From an uncultured delta proteobacterium (lineage in GTDB: Bacteria; Desulfobacterota; Desulfobacteria; Desulfobacterales; JAFDCJ01): a stretch of 64,000 nt of DNA. Below, one piece after another: positions 51,732-62,766 of this stretch. The stretch spans positions 192,001-256,000 of the forward strand of contig CAVYNY010000011.1 of assembly GCA_963769935.1 (NCBI GenBank). Direction: 5' to 3'. The stretch's first letter is position 1; each line of letters starts with the position of its first letter. The position numbers and the translations under genes are program-made. The notes beneath the pieces were generated by a model. That model saw nothing but the letters and a program-made list of their open reading frames with translations. It was not told the DNA's origin and did no database searches.

Positions 51732-52316
51732 TTTTTCCTCCGCGTCTCATGTATTTGGAAAATTTATCGGGGCGACGATACCGCCGAATTGTCAACTTTT
51801 TTTAGAATGTCCCTGTTTTTGAAATGCACCCGTAAATCGCATCTGCGCCGGTGAACCGTGTCATGCCGAGCGCTACCGGATTCAACGCCTATGTCTCTTA
51901 TACGAACCCCATCTTAACGTCAAGGACATATGGTGAGCAGAATAAATAAATCCCCCTAATTAATCCGCCCTGAAAAATAGCCTGTCCAGGGTTGGGTGCT
52001 GTTCTTTGAAACTTGAAAAAACTCGTTCGATCGAAGGTTCGACGGCTTAATGATTTAGAGTGCCCAAGCATCTGCTAAAGTTTTAACTTTATTTCCCGAT
52101 ATATTAGGAAAATGGCGTCACCCAGGAAGTCCGGTGCCTGTGTTGTCAGCTGTCGCAACTGAAAAATTTGAAATGATTATTTATATTCCAGCCGGCCGTC
52201 AATCAGACAAAAATCGTCATCCGGATGACATTTATTGCCGGTTTATTCCGGTAGTTGGTTTGGTTGATTTATCTAACTATCAGAAATTAAAAATAATTTA
52301 AACAAAATAGAACTTA

Positions 52317-52331
52317 TGGCACAATTGTTGC
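52317..52331 (+). promoter_or_regulatory. Sigma54 promoter
   Basis: Exact TGGCAC-N5-TTGC preceded by an AT-rich tract. Confidence 0.75.
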
Positions 52332-52486
52332 CGGTAATCAGCCGGTCAGATGATCAAATCCGGCTGAATTGGATCGGTGATGTCGATGAAGAATCAGGAG
52401 TGAAAATGCCGGCAGCGGTATTAGTTTTGTCTTTTTTAAATTGATTTTGCCAATTTTATTAACTCTTAAAACCGGATTTTTGTATC

Positions 52487-53920
52487 ATGAAAAAATTTTG
52501 CAACGGCCATCCTACAAGAAAGGCGCACTGGCATTGCCCCAAATGCAAGGCGCTGCTATGTCCTGAATGTGTCACCGCCCACGAAAGCGAGAACTTTGGC
52601 CGAAAAGATATTCATCACTTCTGTCCCAAATGCAACCTGCCGGTGGAATGGGTCGGCGTACAGAATCTTATTGATCCGTTCTGGAACCGTATGCCTCGTA
52701 TTTTCACCTATCCGTTTTCCCTGCAGCCCTTGGTCCTGATATCGGTATTGGCAGTCGCCACTTTGTTCCTCTCAGGCGACGGTTTCATCAGTGGCATACT
52801 GCGTGGGGCGCTATGGCTGATTGTCCTGAAATATTCTTTCGAGTCGCTTAAAGCCACCGCCGGCGGAAATCTCAAGCCGCCGTCCGTCAACGGTAAAACA
52901 ATATCCGAAGATATTCAACAGGTCTTCAAACAGTTTGCCATATATGTCCTGATTTTCATTGGTTTTAGCTATGTTTCCATTAAAGTCCATCCTGCGGCGG
53001 GATTCGCATTTGCGATGGTTGTGTTGTTCTTTGTGCCGTCAATGATTATTTTGCTGGTCACTACCGGCAGTCTTTTCCATGCCATCAATCCCGTCATCTT
53101 TGCCGGTCTGGCCTTCAGAATCGGCTGGGCTTATTTTCTGATGTATTTTTTTCTGTTTCTGCTGGGAAGTGCGCCGGCCTACCTGGCGCAATATGTCATA
53201 AGATTTCTGCCGCCGGAACTGCACCTGATGCTGTTCGGGTTTGCCAAGAGCTTTTATACAATTGTTTCCTACCATCTCATGGGGTATGTGATCCTGCAGT
53301 ACCATGAAAAGATCGGTTATCAGGTGGATTATGAAGATTTTTCCGACCCCGATGCCGAGAACTTTGAGCCCCAGAAGACGGATCCGGATGCAGTTGTTTT
53401 AAGTAAAGCGGCGCCGCTGATCAAAGAAGGCAAACTGGACGAGGCCATTGCCCTCATCAAACAGATGACCCAGCAGCAGCCCATCAGTGGGATTGAATTG
53501 TCCGAACGCTACTACAATCTGCTAAAGATGAGAAAACGGATGGCCGAGTTGTTGGCGCACGGCATCCCCCATCTGGACCTGCTGACCGCCCAGAATCAAA
53601 AAAATAAGGCCATTGCCGTATTTACCGAATGCCGGACAACGGCCGCCAATTTTTTGCCGTCGGCCAACGTTTTGTTCAAGCTGGCAGGCTGGTTGAACGA
53701 AAGCGGCAAAACCAAGGCGGCGGTCGCAGTTTATAATACTCTGGCGAAATCCTATCCGGATAATCCGCTGGTTCCCAAGGCCTATTTTCGAATCGCCCAG
53801 ATATTTCACGATCGTCTAATGAACAAAGAACAGGCCAAAAAAGCACTTGACCTCCTGCTGCGGAAATATCCCAATCATGACATCATTCCGCAGGCGGAGA
53901 GCTTTCTGGCAAGGATTTAG
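52487..53920 (+). CDS. Zn-finger (B-box-like) / DUF4013-like membrane / TPR protein
   Basis: CxxH..CxxC..CxxC..CxxC N-terminus, hydrophobic core, C-terminal TPR (YPDNPLVPKAY). Confidence 0.75.
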   Translation: MKKFCNGHPTRKAHWHCPKCKALLCPECVTAHESENFGRKDIHHFCPKCNLPVEWVGVQNLIDPFWNRMPRIFTYPFSLQPLVLISVLAVATLFLSGDGFISGILRGALWLIVLKYSFESLKATAGGNLKPPSVNGKTISEDIQQVFKQFAIYVLIFIGFSYVSIKVHPAAGFAFAMVVLFFVPSMIILLVTTGSLFHAINPVIFAGLAFRIGWAYFLMYFFLFLLGSAPAYLAQYVIRFLPPELHLMLFGFAKSFYTIVSYHLMGYVILQYHEKIGYQVDYEDFSDPDAENFEPQKTDPDAVVLSKAAPLIKEGKLDEAIALIKQMTQQQPISGIELSERYYNLLKMRKRMAELLAHGIPHLDLLTAQNQKNKAIAVFTECRTTAANFLPSANVLFKLAGWLNESGKTKAAVAVYNTLAKSYPDNPLVPKAYFRIAQIFHDRLMNKEQAKKALDLLLRKYPNHDIIPQAESFLARI

Positions 53921-55209
53921 GGTTCAACCTTCTCAACCAATTCGAGACAATCCGCCAGGGTTTTGCCTTTGAATCTTATTTTCAAGGCCGCCGCCAGCAT
54001 TTCAACATTTATTACCCGGCCGAGTTTGGCCAGCATACCCACCGACGCCAGGGCCCAGTCCGGATTTTTAATTCCCTGGGATTTTAGATCCATTTTATGA
54101 ATACGGGCGCTGCAGGCCGGCACTTCGACCCCGGCAGCCTGCAAAATAAGGGTATTGCCGTCGGTTTGTTCAAATATTTGCCGGCGGCGGTCCACCCCTT
54201 CCGGGGCCAGCGCCACGATGACGTCCGGACGTTCGATTCCGGTATAGTCAATTTCCAGCGGTGACAGAATTAATTCACTGATGGACGGTCCCCGCATGAC
54301 CGTGATGTTGTACTCGTTTTTCTGGGTGGTATTCAGGCCGGCCGTCAGCCCCGCCAGGCATAAAATTTCTCCGGCGGTGATAATACGCTGGCCGGCACTG
54401 CCAAGCAGGATCAATTCCCGGCGATGTGCGTCGGGCGGTTGGAATTCGGCCTCAATTGCGGGAGGTTCCGGCGCCGGTTTCAATCGGGCGCTCGATTGCC
54501 GGTAGTGCCGGCTGTATTCCATGCGGGAGTTTTCGGCCACGATCCCTTCCGCCGGGGGTAACCCGGCCAGGGCTTCATCAATGGTTTTAGGGGTCAGACG
54601 ATTTTTTTTGGTGAATCGCCCCGGGCACACCCCCCAAATATCCAATATGGAAAACCCTTCAAATTCAACGGCCCGCTGAATTTCTGCAGCCAGATCCGGG
54701 CGATAGGCCGAGCAGCGCGCTGCATAAGCCGCCCCCGCCGACCGGGCTACCTGGCAGATGTCCAGGGGGCGTTCCAGCTGATTTAAGAATGCCGAGCCGA
54801 CCAGCGCATCCGGCGGTGTGGTAGCGGAATACTGACCGCCGGTCATGCCGAAATTGAAATTGTTCAATATCAGCAGGGTCAGATCCAGGTTGCGCCGGCA
54901 GGCGGCCAGCAGATGGGCACCGCCGATACCCTGGCCGCCGTCACCCATGGTGACCACGATTTTTAAATCCGGCCGAGCCAGTTTCAAACCGGCCGCATAG
55001 GTCAGCGCACGACCGTGCAGTCCGTGCAGGGCGTGGGTGTTGAAAAATGTGTCAAACAGACCCGAGCAGCCGATATCGCTGACCATCACGATCCGGTCGC
55101 CGGTCAACCCCATATTTTGAAAGGCCTTGTCCAGCGTGTGGGTGATGTGCTCGTGGGAACATCCGGGACAAAAGACCGGCGGTCTGGCATTGTTGAGCAA
55201 ACTAACCAT
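53917..55209 (-). CDS. 2-oxoacid:ferredoxin oxidoreductase beta-gamma fusion
   Basis: FCPGC..DIGCSG..HGR..GDGG..NNFNFGMTGGQ then LGSAGQRI..RGPSISE. Confidence 0.88.
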   Translation of the reverse strand: MVSLLNNARPPVFCPGCSHEHITHTLDKAFQNMGLTGDRIVMVSDIGCSGLFDTFFNTHALHGLHGRALTYAAGLKLARPDLKIVVTMGDGGQGIGGAHLLAACRRNLDLTLLILNNFNFGMTGGQYSATTPPDALVGSAFLNQLERPLDICQVARSAGAAYAARCSAYRPDLAAEIQRAVEFEGFSILDIWGVCPGRFTKKNRLTPKTIDEALAGLPPAEGIVAENSRMEYSRHYRQSSARLKPAPEPPAIEAEFQPPDAHRRELILLGSAGQRIITAGEILCLAGLTAGLNTTQKNEYNITVMRGPSISELILSPLEIDYTGIERPDVIVALAPEGVDRRRQIFEQTDGNTLILQAAGVEVPACSARIHKMDLKSQGIKNPDWALASVGMLAKLGRVINVEMLAAALKIRFKGKTLADCLELVEKVEP

Positions 55210-56323
55210 TTGCGATGGTCTCCTTGATTTTTTGCGGCGAGATCAGGCGTCCGTCCATCTGGCCGTAGAAATCCACGTGCCGATCAACCAGGATGCGTTT
55301 TATTTCCCAGACATACTGGCCCAGATTCATCTCCAGCGCGACTACCCGTTTGACACCCCTGGCCGCCCGGCGGATGACGGCTTCGGGCACCGGCCACAGG
55401 GTCTTGAGAATCAGCAGGGAAATCGGCCGGCCCGAGCTTTGCAATTCCCGGTAAACTGCTTTGGCCGCCCGGGCGGTAACGCCATACGCAATGAGCAGGG
55501 TATCCGATTGACCGGCACCAAGGAGCTCATAGAATGAAAATTCCGTGACAGCCGATTCAAGTTTGTTTTTCAAGCGGTCAAGGATCCGGGAAATTTCCTG
55601 CGGGTCGGTGGTGATGTAGCCGCTGGTGCCGTGGGTGGAGGATGTCTGGCGCACCGGTATATCGGAACCGATGGGTAAAAAATCCGGCACGCCCTGGCCA
55701 TCTTCAACCTGAAACGGCAAAAACGGTTTGCCGGCCGGCGGCGGCGTGCGATTGATGATGCCGGGCTTTGCCAGGGCCTCCAGGTCGACACTTTCCCGGG
55801 TCATGCCGATTTCCTTGTTGGAGGCGATGAACACCGGACAGCGAAATTTTTCAGCCAGATTAAAGGCATGCATCGTCAACGTAAAGCAGTCGGCAACGTT
55901 TTCCGGTGCCAGCACAATGACCGGCATGCCGCCGCTATTGCCCCAGCGCAGAAAGCAGATATCGCCGTCGGCGCCGCGGGTGGCCGAGCCGGTGGACGGC
56001 CCCAGTCGCTGCACATCGACAATCACGATCGGAATTTCACTGCCGATGGCAAATGAAATATGTTCGCTGTAAAGGCTGATACCCGGCCCGGAGGTCGCCG
56101 TCATTACCTTGAGCCCGGCCATTGAGGCACCCAGACAGGCTCCGATGGATGCAATTTCATCTTCGGCCTGAAGACAAATACCGCCCAGGGGCGGCAGCAG
56201 CGTCAGCATGGTGTTTAATATCGTGGTGGCCGGTGTGATCGGATATCCGGCAAAAAACCGGCAGCCGGAGGCCATTGCCCCCCGGCCGATTGCCTCGTTG
56301 CCCTCAATGAAACTAAACGCCAT
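55202..56323 (-). CDS. 2-oxoacid:ferredoxin oxidoreductase alpha subunit
   Basis: EGNEA..GYPITPA..QAEDE..TSGPG..QRLGPSTG..EMNLGQ. Confidence 0.9.
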   Translation of the reverse strand: MAFSFIEGNEAIGRGAMASGCRFFAGYPITPATTILNTMLTLLPPLGGICLQAEDEIASIGACLGASMAGLKVMTATSGPGISLYSEHISFAIGSEIPIVIVDVQRLGPSTGSATRGADGDICFLRWGNSGGMPVIVLAPENVADCFTLTMHAFNLAEKFRCPVFIASNKEIGMTRESVDLEALAKPGIINRTPPPAGKPFLPFQVEDGQGVPDFLPIGSDIPVRQTSSTHGTSGYITTDPQEISRILDRLKNKLESAVTEFSFYELLGAGQSDTLLIAYGVTARAAKAVYRELQSSGRPISLLILKTLWPVPEAVIRRAARGVKRVVALEMNLGQYVWEIKRILVDRHVDFYGQMDGRLISPQKIKETIANG

Positions 56324-56351
56324 CTTAACTCCTTAAAGACGAAATGTACGA

Positions 56352-58574
56352 TCATCCTGGTCTTTTACCGGTATCCGCTCCGATCTTCCAGGATGTTTTC
56401 TGGGGCAGGGCCTTTTTTTCCTGCCAAGGGTATCGAATGCGCGAATGAAAGGATGCTTCAAGCGCATCGACCAGCGTTTCGACGATTTTTGAAAGGTCGC
56501 GGGACGTCAGGTCACATTCACTGAATTGTCCGTCAACGATGCGTCTGACCAGAATGAGACGCACCATTTTTTTGAACTTGTTGCGGTTCGGATCCTGCAG
56601 GGAGCGGGAGGCCGCCTCGACGGCGTCGGCCACCATTAAAATTGCAGCTTCAACGCTCTGGGGTTTTGGCCCCGGATAGCGGAATTCTTCCTCGCGAATG
56701 GTGCTTTGCGGATATGTTTTGGCGGCGATATTGTAAAAGTATTCCATTAACTGGGAGCCGTGGTGCTGCATTATCAGGTCGACCACGATTTTGGGCAATC
56801 CCGATTCCTGACCGATGCGGATGCCGTGTGCCACATGTTTGATGATGATTCGTGCGCTTTCCCGCGGTTCTAAAACATCGTGGGGATTTTCCCCATTGAA
56901 TTGATTCTCGATGAAAAACTTGGGATTCATCATTTTGCCGACATCATGATAATACGCCCCGATCCGCAACAAAAGTGTATCGGCTCCGACAGCTTCGCCG
57001 ACCGATTGAGCAAGATAGGCCACCGTCATGCAGTGCTGGTAGGTTCCCGGCGCTTTTGACAGCAGTTCTTTCATCAGTGGGCGATTAAGATCCATATAGC
57101 GGTTGAGCTTAAAGGTTGAAGCCGTCGCCCAGCTTATCTCAAGCAGGGGCAGCAGCATAAGCGCCAGGGGTCCTGCCGCCAGGCCGCCGACCACGGCCCA
57201 GCCGATATCCCCGGTCAAGGCGCCGTCAACGGCCTGTACCAGGATGTCAAATTTATCTGTTGGACGGGCGATAAATTGAGTGAGGACAGACTGCCAGTCC
57301 AGGGTGAATATGATGACGGTGAGCGTGTTGATAAATCCGACCAGCAAGGAAGGCAGCAGGATTTGCAGGCGTTTTCTCAGCCCCGAAGAAACCAGCACCG
57401 CCGCCAGTCCGCCGAATGTCAGAAACAGCAGAATCTGATAGGTCGGTCCGGATGACAGGCTGACCAGCATCGCGCCTATCAGGGTCGTAGCGGTTGCGAT
57501 CGCTTTTCCGTGGTTTAGAAAGATGATCAGCATGGGAAGTACGCAAAAGGGCAAACCATAAATCGGAAAAGGCGTGAAAACCAGGTAGCCCTTGAGGATA
57601 ACGATGGTGGTGATCAGCAACACCTGCAAAAAGCGGTAAGGCGGCTGGCTGCGTGAGCCGTTGGCCAGGATTTTTGTCATGAACAAGTTGAAAAATCCCA
57701 GCATAAAAAGAATGGTAAACAAAATCCAGGGCGCATTCCGGTATATCGCGACAAGCCGGTACTTCTGGTAAGATGCCAGCAGCAGCAGGTCCTTTTCATT
57801 TAAAATCCTGCGAAACGGCACCAGCACATCGCCGGGCTTATATTCAACAATCCGGGAGGGAAACTCCCGGTTTATTGTGTCCAATCTGCGCTCGTTTTCG
57901 TTCTGATCGTATTCGAGGTTGGGCTGCAATGTGGCGAGGGCAACCTGAACAACCGGATCCAACACGCTTTTATCGACCTGCCAAAAAAGCTGCCGGACTT
58001 TTTCCTCAAGCTGGGAGCGGGCCTTTTCGAGGGTCATCAGCTCATCGACCGGATATGTGACCGTACCGGCGGAATTAGGGCTCTGGATTTCAATGGTCTT
58101 TCTGTCCATAAGGCCCTGGGGATCGCGTAAGATTTTATTTTGCAGAATTGACTCCTCGATGGTGAGAATCCCTTCCAGCAAGTTTTTCAGGTCGCGGTAC
58201 TTGACGATATTGATAATATTAGCCGGAGACAGCCGGACATCGAATTCCTCCTGCAGCTGGTTCTTCAGGTCTTCCACCCCTTTTTGTTTTTTTTCCTGAA
58301 AAGTGGAAACTGCCTGCATAATCGTTTTAAACTTTTCGAGGGAAGTTTCGACGCCCTGGGGATCATAGCGGTAGATGGGAATGTACCGTGACAGCGCATC
58401 CTTGCGTTTGACCTCCAACGCCGTTCGCTGATCGAAGCTGAAATTGCCCTGCGACCGGATGGTCAGATATATGGCCTGGTTCTTTTGAGGCGGCCAAAGA
58501 TAGAGGTAGATATCCTCAACAAAGCAAGCCAAAATCGCTATCGAAATTAAAATTATGTTAAGAATTAATCGCAT
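56352..58574 (-). CDS. 7TM-HD (HDIG) phosphohydrolase, PgpH-like
   Basis: APGTYQH..AYYHDVGK..FIENQ..QHHG..FRYPGPKPQ..ADAVEAA. Confidence 0.9.
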   Translation of the reverse strand: MRLILNIILISIAILACFVEDIYLYLWPPQKNQAIYLTIRSQGNFSFDQRTALEVKRKDALSRYIPIYRYDPQGVETSLEKFKTIMQAVSTFQEKKQKGVEDLKNQLQEEFDVRLSPANIINIVKYRDLKNLLEGILTIEESILQNKILRDPQGLMDRKTIEIQSPNSAGTVTYPVDELMTLEKARSQLEEKVRQLFWQVDKSVLDPVVQVALATLQPNLEYDQNENERRLDTINREFPSRIVEYKPGDVLVPFRRILNEKDLLLLASYQKYRLVAIYRNAPWILFTILFMLGFFNLFMTKILANGSRSQPPYRFLQVLLITTIVILKGYLVFTPFPIYGLPFCVLPMLIIFLNHGKAIATATTLIGAMLVSLSSGPTYQILLFLTFGGLAAVLVSSGLRKRLQILLPSLLVGFINTLTVIIFTLDWQSVLTQFIARPTDKFDILVQAVDGALTGDIGWAVVGGLAAGPLALMLLPLLEISWATASTFKLNRYMDLNRPLMKELLSKAPGTYQHCMTVAYLAQSVGEAVGADTLLLRIGAYYHDVGKMMNPKFFIENQFNGENPHDVLEPRESARIIIKHVAHGIRIGQESGLPKIVVDLIMQHHGSQLMEYFYNIAAKTYPQSTIREEEFRYPGPKPQSVEAAILMVADAVEAASRSLQDPNRNKFKKMVRLILVRRIVDGQFSECDLTSRDLSKIVETLVDALEASFHSRIRYPWQEKKALPQKTSWKIGADTGKRPG

Positions 58575-58912
58575 TTAAAGTGCATCCTGATTCTATCCAG
58601 CCGATTGTTTTTTGAAAACAACGGTACCGCAATCCGTGCCGTGATATTTCCAATCGACCCACCATAATATAAGGGAGTGAAGCAGGAGTCAATCATATCC
58701 GTGTTATTAATGCAAGCAGGATGCAGCTGGCGGATTGCAAGAGAATAATGTAATTAATTAGAATTATTAAATAAATTATTGTTGTCTTGCTATTTGGGAC
58801 GATATCTGACATAATATAAATTAACGGCTTCGCTCCAATTGGAATGGTGCAATAGTGCAATATTGGTAAAATTCCAGGACGTTTTAACCGACGTCTTGCA
58901 GGGAGACCCGAA

Positions 58913-59551
58913 ATGTTCGGCCTTGGGAAGAAAAGCAAAAATGACGGTGAGGATAAGCCTGACGTCCTGAAAGGCAGGCCGGGATCACCGCTGGGCGACA
59001 TTTCCAAAATGCTCAATGCCTCGGGCAGAATCGCTCTTCCAACCCTCGAAAAGCTAGTGAAGGTATGCCATAAGACCAAATTCGCCTTATTTATGGAACA
59101 ACCGGCGTTCGTCGGGTCTTCCATCCAGTCCGGTTCATTGAATTTGCGGAAACGGGCCAGCAAAGAGGAGATGAACAGAACCGTTATTTTTCAGATTGAA
59201 GATGGAGAAGAGGCTTCATCGCCCTCGGAAACATTGAAACATGCGATTTATCCGCTGGTCAAGGGCGAATATGCCACCGGCCCGGTGAACTCCTTTACAA
59301 TCGGGCGAGTGGACGGCAATGATATGATTATGCCGGATTATGCCATCTCCAAACAGCATGCGATCGTAGAAATCAGAAGAGGCAGTTACTCGATTCGCGA
59401 CTGCGATTCCACCAACGGCACGATGGTCAACGGAAAACGTCTGGATAAAAAGCCGGTGCAGCTGAATGATGGAGATGTGGTCGGATTTGCCCGGTATGAA
59501 TTTACCTTTTTCTTTCCCGAATCACTCTTCGATATGCTCAGCGACTCGTAA
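58913..59551 (+). CDS. FHA domain protein
   Basis: TIGR..ND..ISKQHA..DCDSTNGTMVNG..LNDGDVV. Confidence 0.9.
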   Translation: MFGLGKKSKNDGEDKPDVLKGRPGSPLGDISKMLNASGRIALPTLEKLVKVCHKTKFALFMEQPAFVGSSIQSGSLNLRKRASKEEMNRTVIFQIEDGEEASSPSETLKHAIYPLVKGEYATGPVNSFTIGRVDGNDMIMPDYAISKQHAIVEIRRGSYSIRDCDSTNGTMVNGKRLDKKPVQLNDGDVVGFARYEFTFFFPESLFDMLSDS

Positions 59552-59701
59552 CGCCGCCATCGATTGCGGATGTCGGATGGCGGAATTCGGATTGTGATTG
59601 GAATTGCAACGCCCTGTCTTTTTAATTCATAAAATTCGGTAGAATTCCTTTAACCTTTCGCCTTTCACTATCCAGAATCCAGCATCCAGCATCCAGCCCT
59701 T

Positions 59702-62584
59702 CTATCTCCCCAGCGCCGCTTTAATTGCCCGACCTATTTTTTCCAGCAGGTAAGGTTTTTTGACATATGTTCCGGCCCCCAATCGTTGAGCTTCCTTGAC
59801 CCGGACTGATTCAGAGTACCCGCTGGCGATAATGGCTTTTTGGCCCGGATGAATTTTAAGAATTCGGCGGTAGGTTTCGAGACCGTCGATGCCGGGTTCC
59901 ATTATCATGTCCAGAACCAGCAGGTCCGCCGTATGGGTACGCATGTATTCAACGGCTTCCCCGCCGCCGGCCGCGGTGGTGACCTGATACCCCAGTTTTT
60001 CCAGCATTTCGGTCGCAATTTGACGCTGGGCGGCGATATCATCGACCAAAAGTATGGATTCACCCTTTCCCATTATATCCTGAATGGAGGCAATTTCTGC
60101 TTCGGGAGCAAACATCTTGCGAGTGATCGGAAAATACAGGGTAACTTCCGTTCCTTTGCCTTCCGTGCTGTTGATGTCGATGAATCCCCTGTGGTCTTTT
60201 ACCGTACCCCAGACAACCGCCATCCCGAGTCCGGTGCCGCTCCTGCCCATAGTTTTTTTGGTGTAAAAGGGCTCGAAAATTCTTTCAATATCTTCGGGTG
60301 AAATTCCGATACCGGTATCCAAGACGGTCAGGGTGGCGTAGTCTCCCTTGTCAATGTCGTCATAACCGGGTTTGATTTTGTCCATATGGCGGTTTTCAGT
60401 GCTGATGACAATCGTTCCACCTTCGGGCATGGCTTCAGCGGCATTCGATACCAAATTCATAACAGTTTTGGATAAATGCACGGGTGAGCCTAAAATATTG
60501 AGCAGATCTTTATCCAACTTCCTGACAATGCGGGCATCGGGATGGTTCAACTCCAATTTCGCATGCTCGGGGCTTTGCAGGTACTCGGCAACGATAAAAT
60601 TCAAGTTGACCACTTCTGTTGCTTCAACGCCCCTGCGAGCCAGCGTGAGCAGATCCTGGACAATCGCGGCCGCCTTTTCACCGGATTTTTGAATAGTTAA
60701 AATTGGTTTTCGCAGGGGGCTGTCTGCCTTAAGATCCATTAAAAGCAACTCCGGATAACTGACAATACCCGAAAGAATATTGTTCAGATCGTGAGCCACG
60801 CCGCCGGCCAGGGTTCCGATGGCTTCCATCTTCTGGGCGCGTTGCAACTGGGCCTGGAGTTCTTCTTTTTCGCGGCTGGCCGATTTAAGCTGGGTGACGT
60901 CGTTGCCGATGCAAAGAATTTCGATAAAATGAGCGCCGTCGTTGAAAATGGGCTTGTAAGTCCATGCTATCCACACGCTTTCACCGGATTTGGTCGTTGT
61001 TTCGTTTTCACTGACCATCAATTGGGCAGGATTTTTTTGCAGGGCGGCAGCGAGTTCTCCAAAGCTCAATTGATTTGAATCTGGTGCGGGCAGAATGATC
61101 CGGCCGGCATTTTTCCCGATCAGCTCCGCTTCCGTATAGCCGAAAAATCGCTGGGCAAATTCGTTGAAATAGGTAATATTGCCTTCCGTGTCCACCCGCA
61201 GGATGATGCTGTTGGCATTTTCTACCAGTTCGCGATATTTTTTCTCGCTGGCATGCAGTTTTTCAAATGACATCGCATTTGAAATGCTGATTGCCAGCTG
61301 CGATGCCACGCCGATCAGCAGACTCATGTCGCTTTGTCTCAAAGGCCGGCTGGACTTGCTATTGTCGACCGCCAATATCCCCAACGATTCTTTTTCGTAT
61401 ATTATGGGAACGCAAATCAGCGCCTCGCTGCCCAGCTGCTGGGAGAATTCATAACTTTTGCGGGACAGCGAGCCTTGAATTTCACTGATGTTGTTGACCA
61501 GAAAGGGTCGCTGCTCCTTGATGGCCAGCACAAACAATCCTTTGGATTCGGGATTGTCCAGATGAAACTCCGTTTCTTTTAAAATGGTCTCTTCGGGTCG
61601 ATTCTGGCCGTATCCGGCACAATATCGCAGCATGTTTTTTTCTTTGTCGACCAGCATGATCATCCCGCGGTCGAAATCCAGCCGTTTTTCCATGACACCG
61701 GCCACCGTATTGAGCAGGTTGTCGATGTCCAGAATATTTGCGGTGGCCTGCCCGATTTCTTGAACCAGCAGGGCGTTGTTATAACTGATATTGCTTTCAA
61801 GGATGTTGTCCTGAGCCGCTTCGGTCTGGGTCTCAACCGTTCTGATCAAGGCTTTTTTCTCAAGATATTCGATGTAATAAGACAGCAGCAGAACAATACA
61901 GGCGCACGCCAGGGCAAAAACCGCCCAGTTTAAATAAGGTAAAACGAAAAGCAATGTCAGCATAAGGAGAATGCTGGCGATCAGAGCGTAATTGCGAATC
62001 AGCTTCCAGTGGAATTTGGGGGTTTGGGTCCAGCTGATAAGGTACCGGCAGCAGTCATCACCTTTGTGAACGCAGTCCGGATGATCAATCTGGGCAAATT
62101 TGTCGGTGAACATGCGGGCGAGAGATTCGAATGAACCTCTTCGGTTTTCACACTGGTAGGGTTTTTCGTTAACCCCCGTTTTGGGTACGGCGGTAATTTC
62201 TACCTGGTTCGCGCCTATTTTTCTGGCACTGACATCTGCGCCGCGGCTCATCAGGGCATGAATTTTTTCGATCAACAGGTAGATGGTGGCCGGACTCATC
62301 AAGCCCAGCGCGTATTGTTTGGTTGCTCCCAGCCCTTCCGATGATGCCGAGTATCGACCGGCCTCTCTGGCAATATTGGGATTGCCTGTCCGGACTACCA
62401 GAATGTCATGCAAACGATCCTGCTTCTCCTGGGTAAACCAGTGGGCCGGGTCCTCAATTTCATATCGGGCGATCCCCGCCTCGTCCAGAATAGAATCAAG
62501 GTCAATATCCGGATAATATTTGCTCAGATATTGAATATAAACTTTAGTTATACGGCTGTTATACAAGGGGGTCGAGTCGTTCAT
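59702..62584 (-). CDS. Hybrid sensor kinase (V4R-like, TM, GAF, PAS, HisKA, HATPase, REC)
   Basis: HPDCVHKGDDCCRY; AHDLNN; NLVSNA; DTGIG; FEPFYT; GTGLG; LLVDD..DMIM. Confidence 0.9.
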   Translation of the reverse strand: MNDSTPLYNSRITKVYIQYLSKYYPDIDLDSILDEAGIARYEIEDPAHWFTQEKQDRLHDILVVRTGNPNIAREAGRYSASSEGLGATKQYALGLMSPATIYLLIEKIHALMSRGADVSARKIGANQVEITAVPKTGVNEKPYQCENRRGSFESLARMFTDKFAQIDHPDCVHKGDDCCRYLISWTQTPKFHWKLIRNYALIASILLMLTLLFVLPYLNWAVFALACACIVLLLSYYIEYLEKKALIRTVETQTEAAQDNILESNISYNNALLVQEIGQATANILDIDNLLNTVAGVMEKRLDFDRGMIMLVDKEKNMLRYCAGYGQNRPEETILKETEFHLDNPESKGLFVLAIKEQRPFLVNNISEIQGSLSRKSYEFSQQLGSEALICVPIIYEKESLGILAVDNSKSSRPLRQSDMSLLIGVASQLAISISNAMSFEKLHASEKKYRELVENANSIILRVDTEGNITYFNEFAQRFFGYTEAELIGKNAGRIILPAPDSNQLSFGELAAALQKNPAQLMVSENETTTKSGESVWIAWTYKPIFNDGAHFIEILCIGNDVTQLKSASREKEELQAQLQRAQKMEAIGTLAGGVAHDLNNILSGIVSYPELLLMDLKADSPLRKPILTIQKSGEKAAAIVQDLLTLARRGVEATEVVNLNFIVAEYLQSPEHAKLELNHPDARIVRKLDKDLLNILGSPVHLSKTVMNLVSNAAEAMPEGGTIVISTENRHMDKIKPGYDDIDKGDYATLTVLDTGIGISPEDIERIFEPFYTKKTMGRSGTGLGMAVVWGTVKDHRGFIDINSTEGKGTEVTLYFPITRKMFAPEAEIASIQDIMGKGESILLVDDIAAQRQIATEMLEKLGYQVTTAAGGGEAVEYMRTHTADLLVLDMIMEPGIDGLETYRRILKIHPGQKAIIASGYSESVRVKEAQRLGAGTYVKKPYLLEKIGRAIKAALGR

Positions 62585-62766
62585 CCTGACAATTCCGCGG
62601 AGTCTGTCTGCCGGGTCTTTGATAGTCTCTTATTGTAAAGAAAAGCTTTCACGCTGAATGCGGGTCCCGCGGGTATTTGAAATCGAACAGGCAGCCGTCG
62701 GGCAAACCACATGAAAAGCATAATAAACTCGTTAGCTTATGTCAAGAAAGGATATGCAGTCGCAAT

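Noticed and set aside
58625..58645. Sigma54 promoter for the HD gene
   Set aside because: GG-GC spacing is 8 rather than 10
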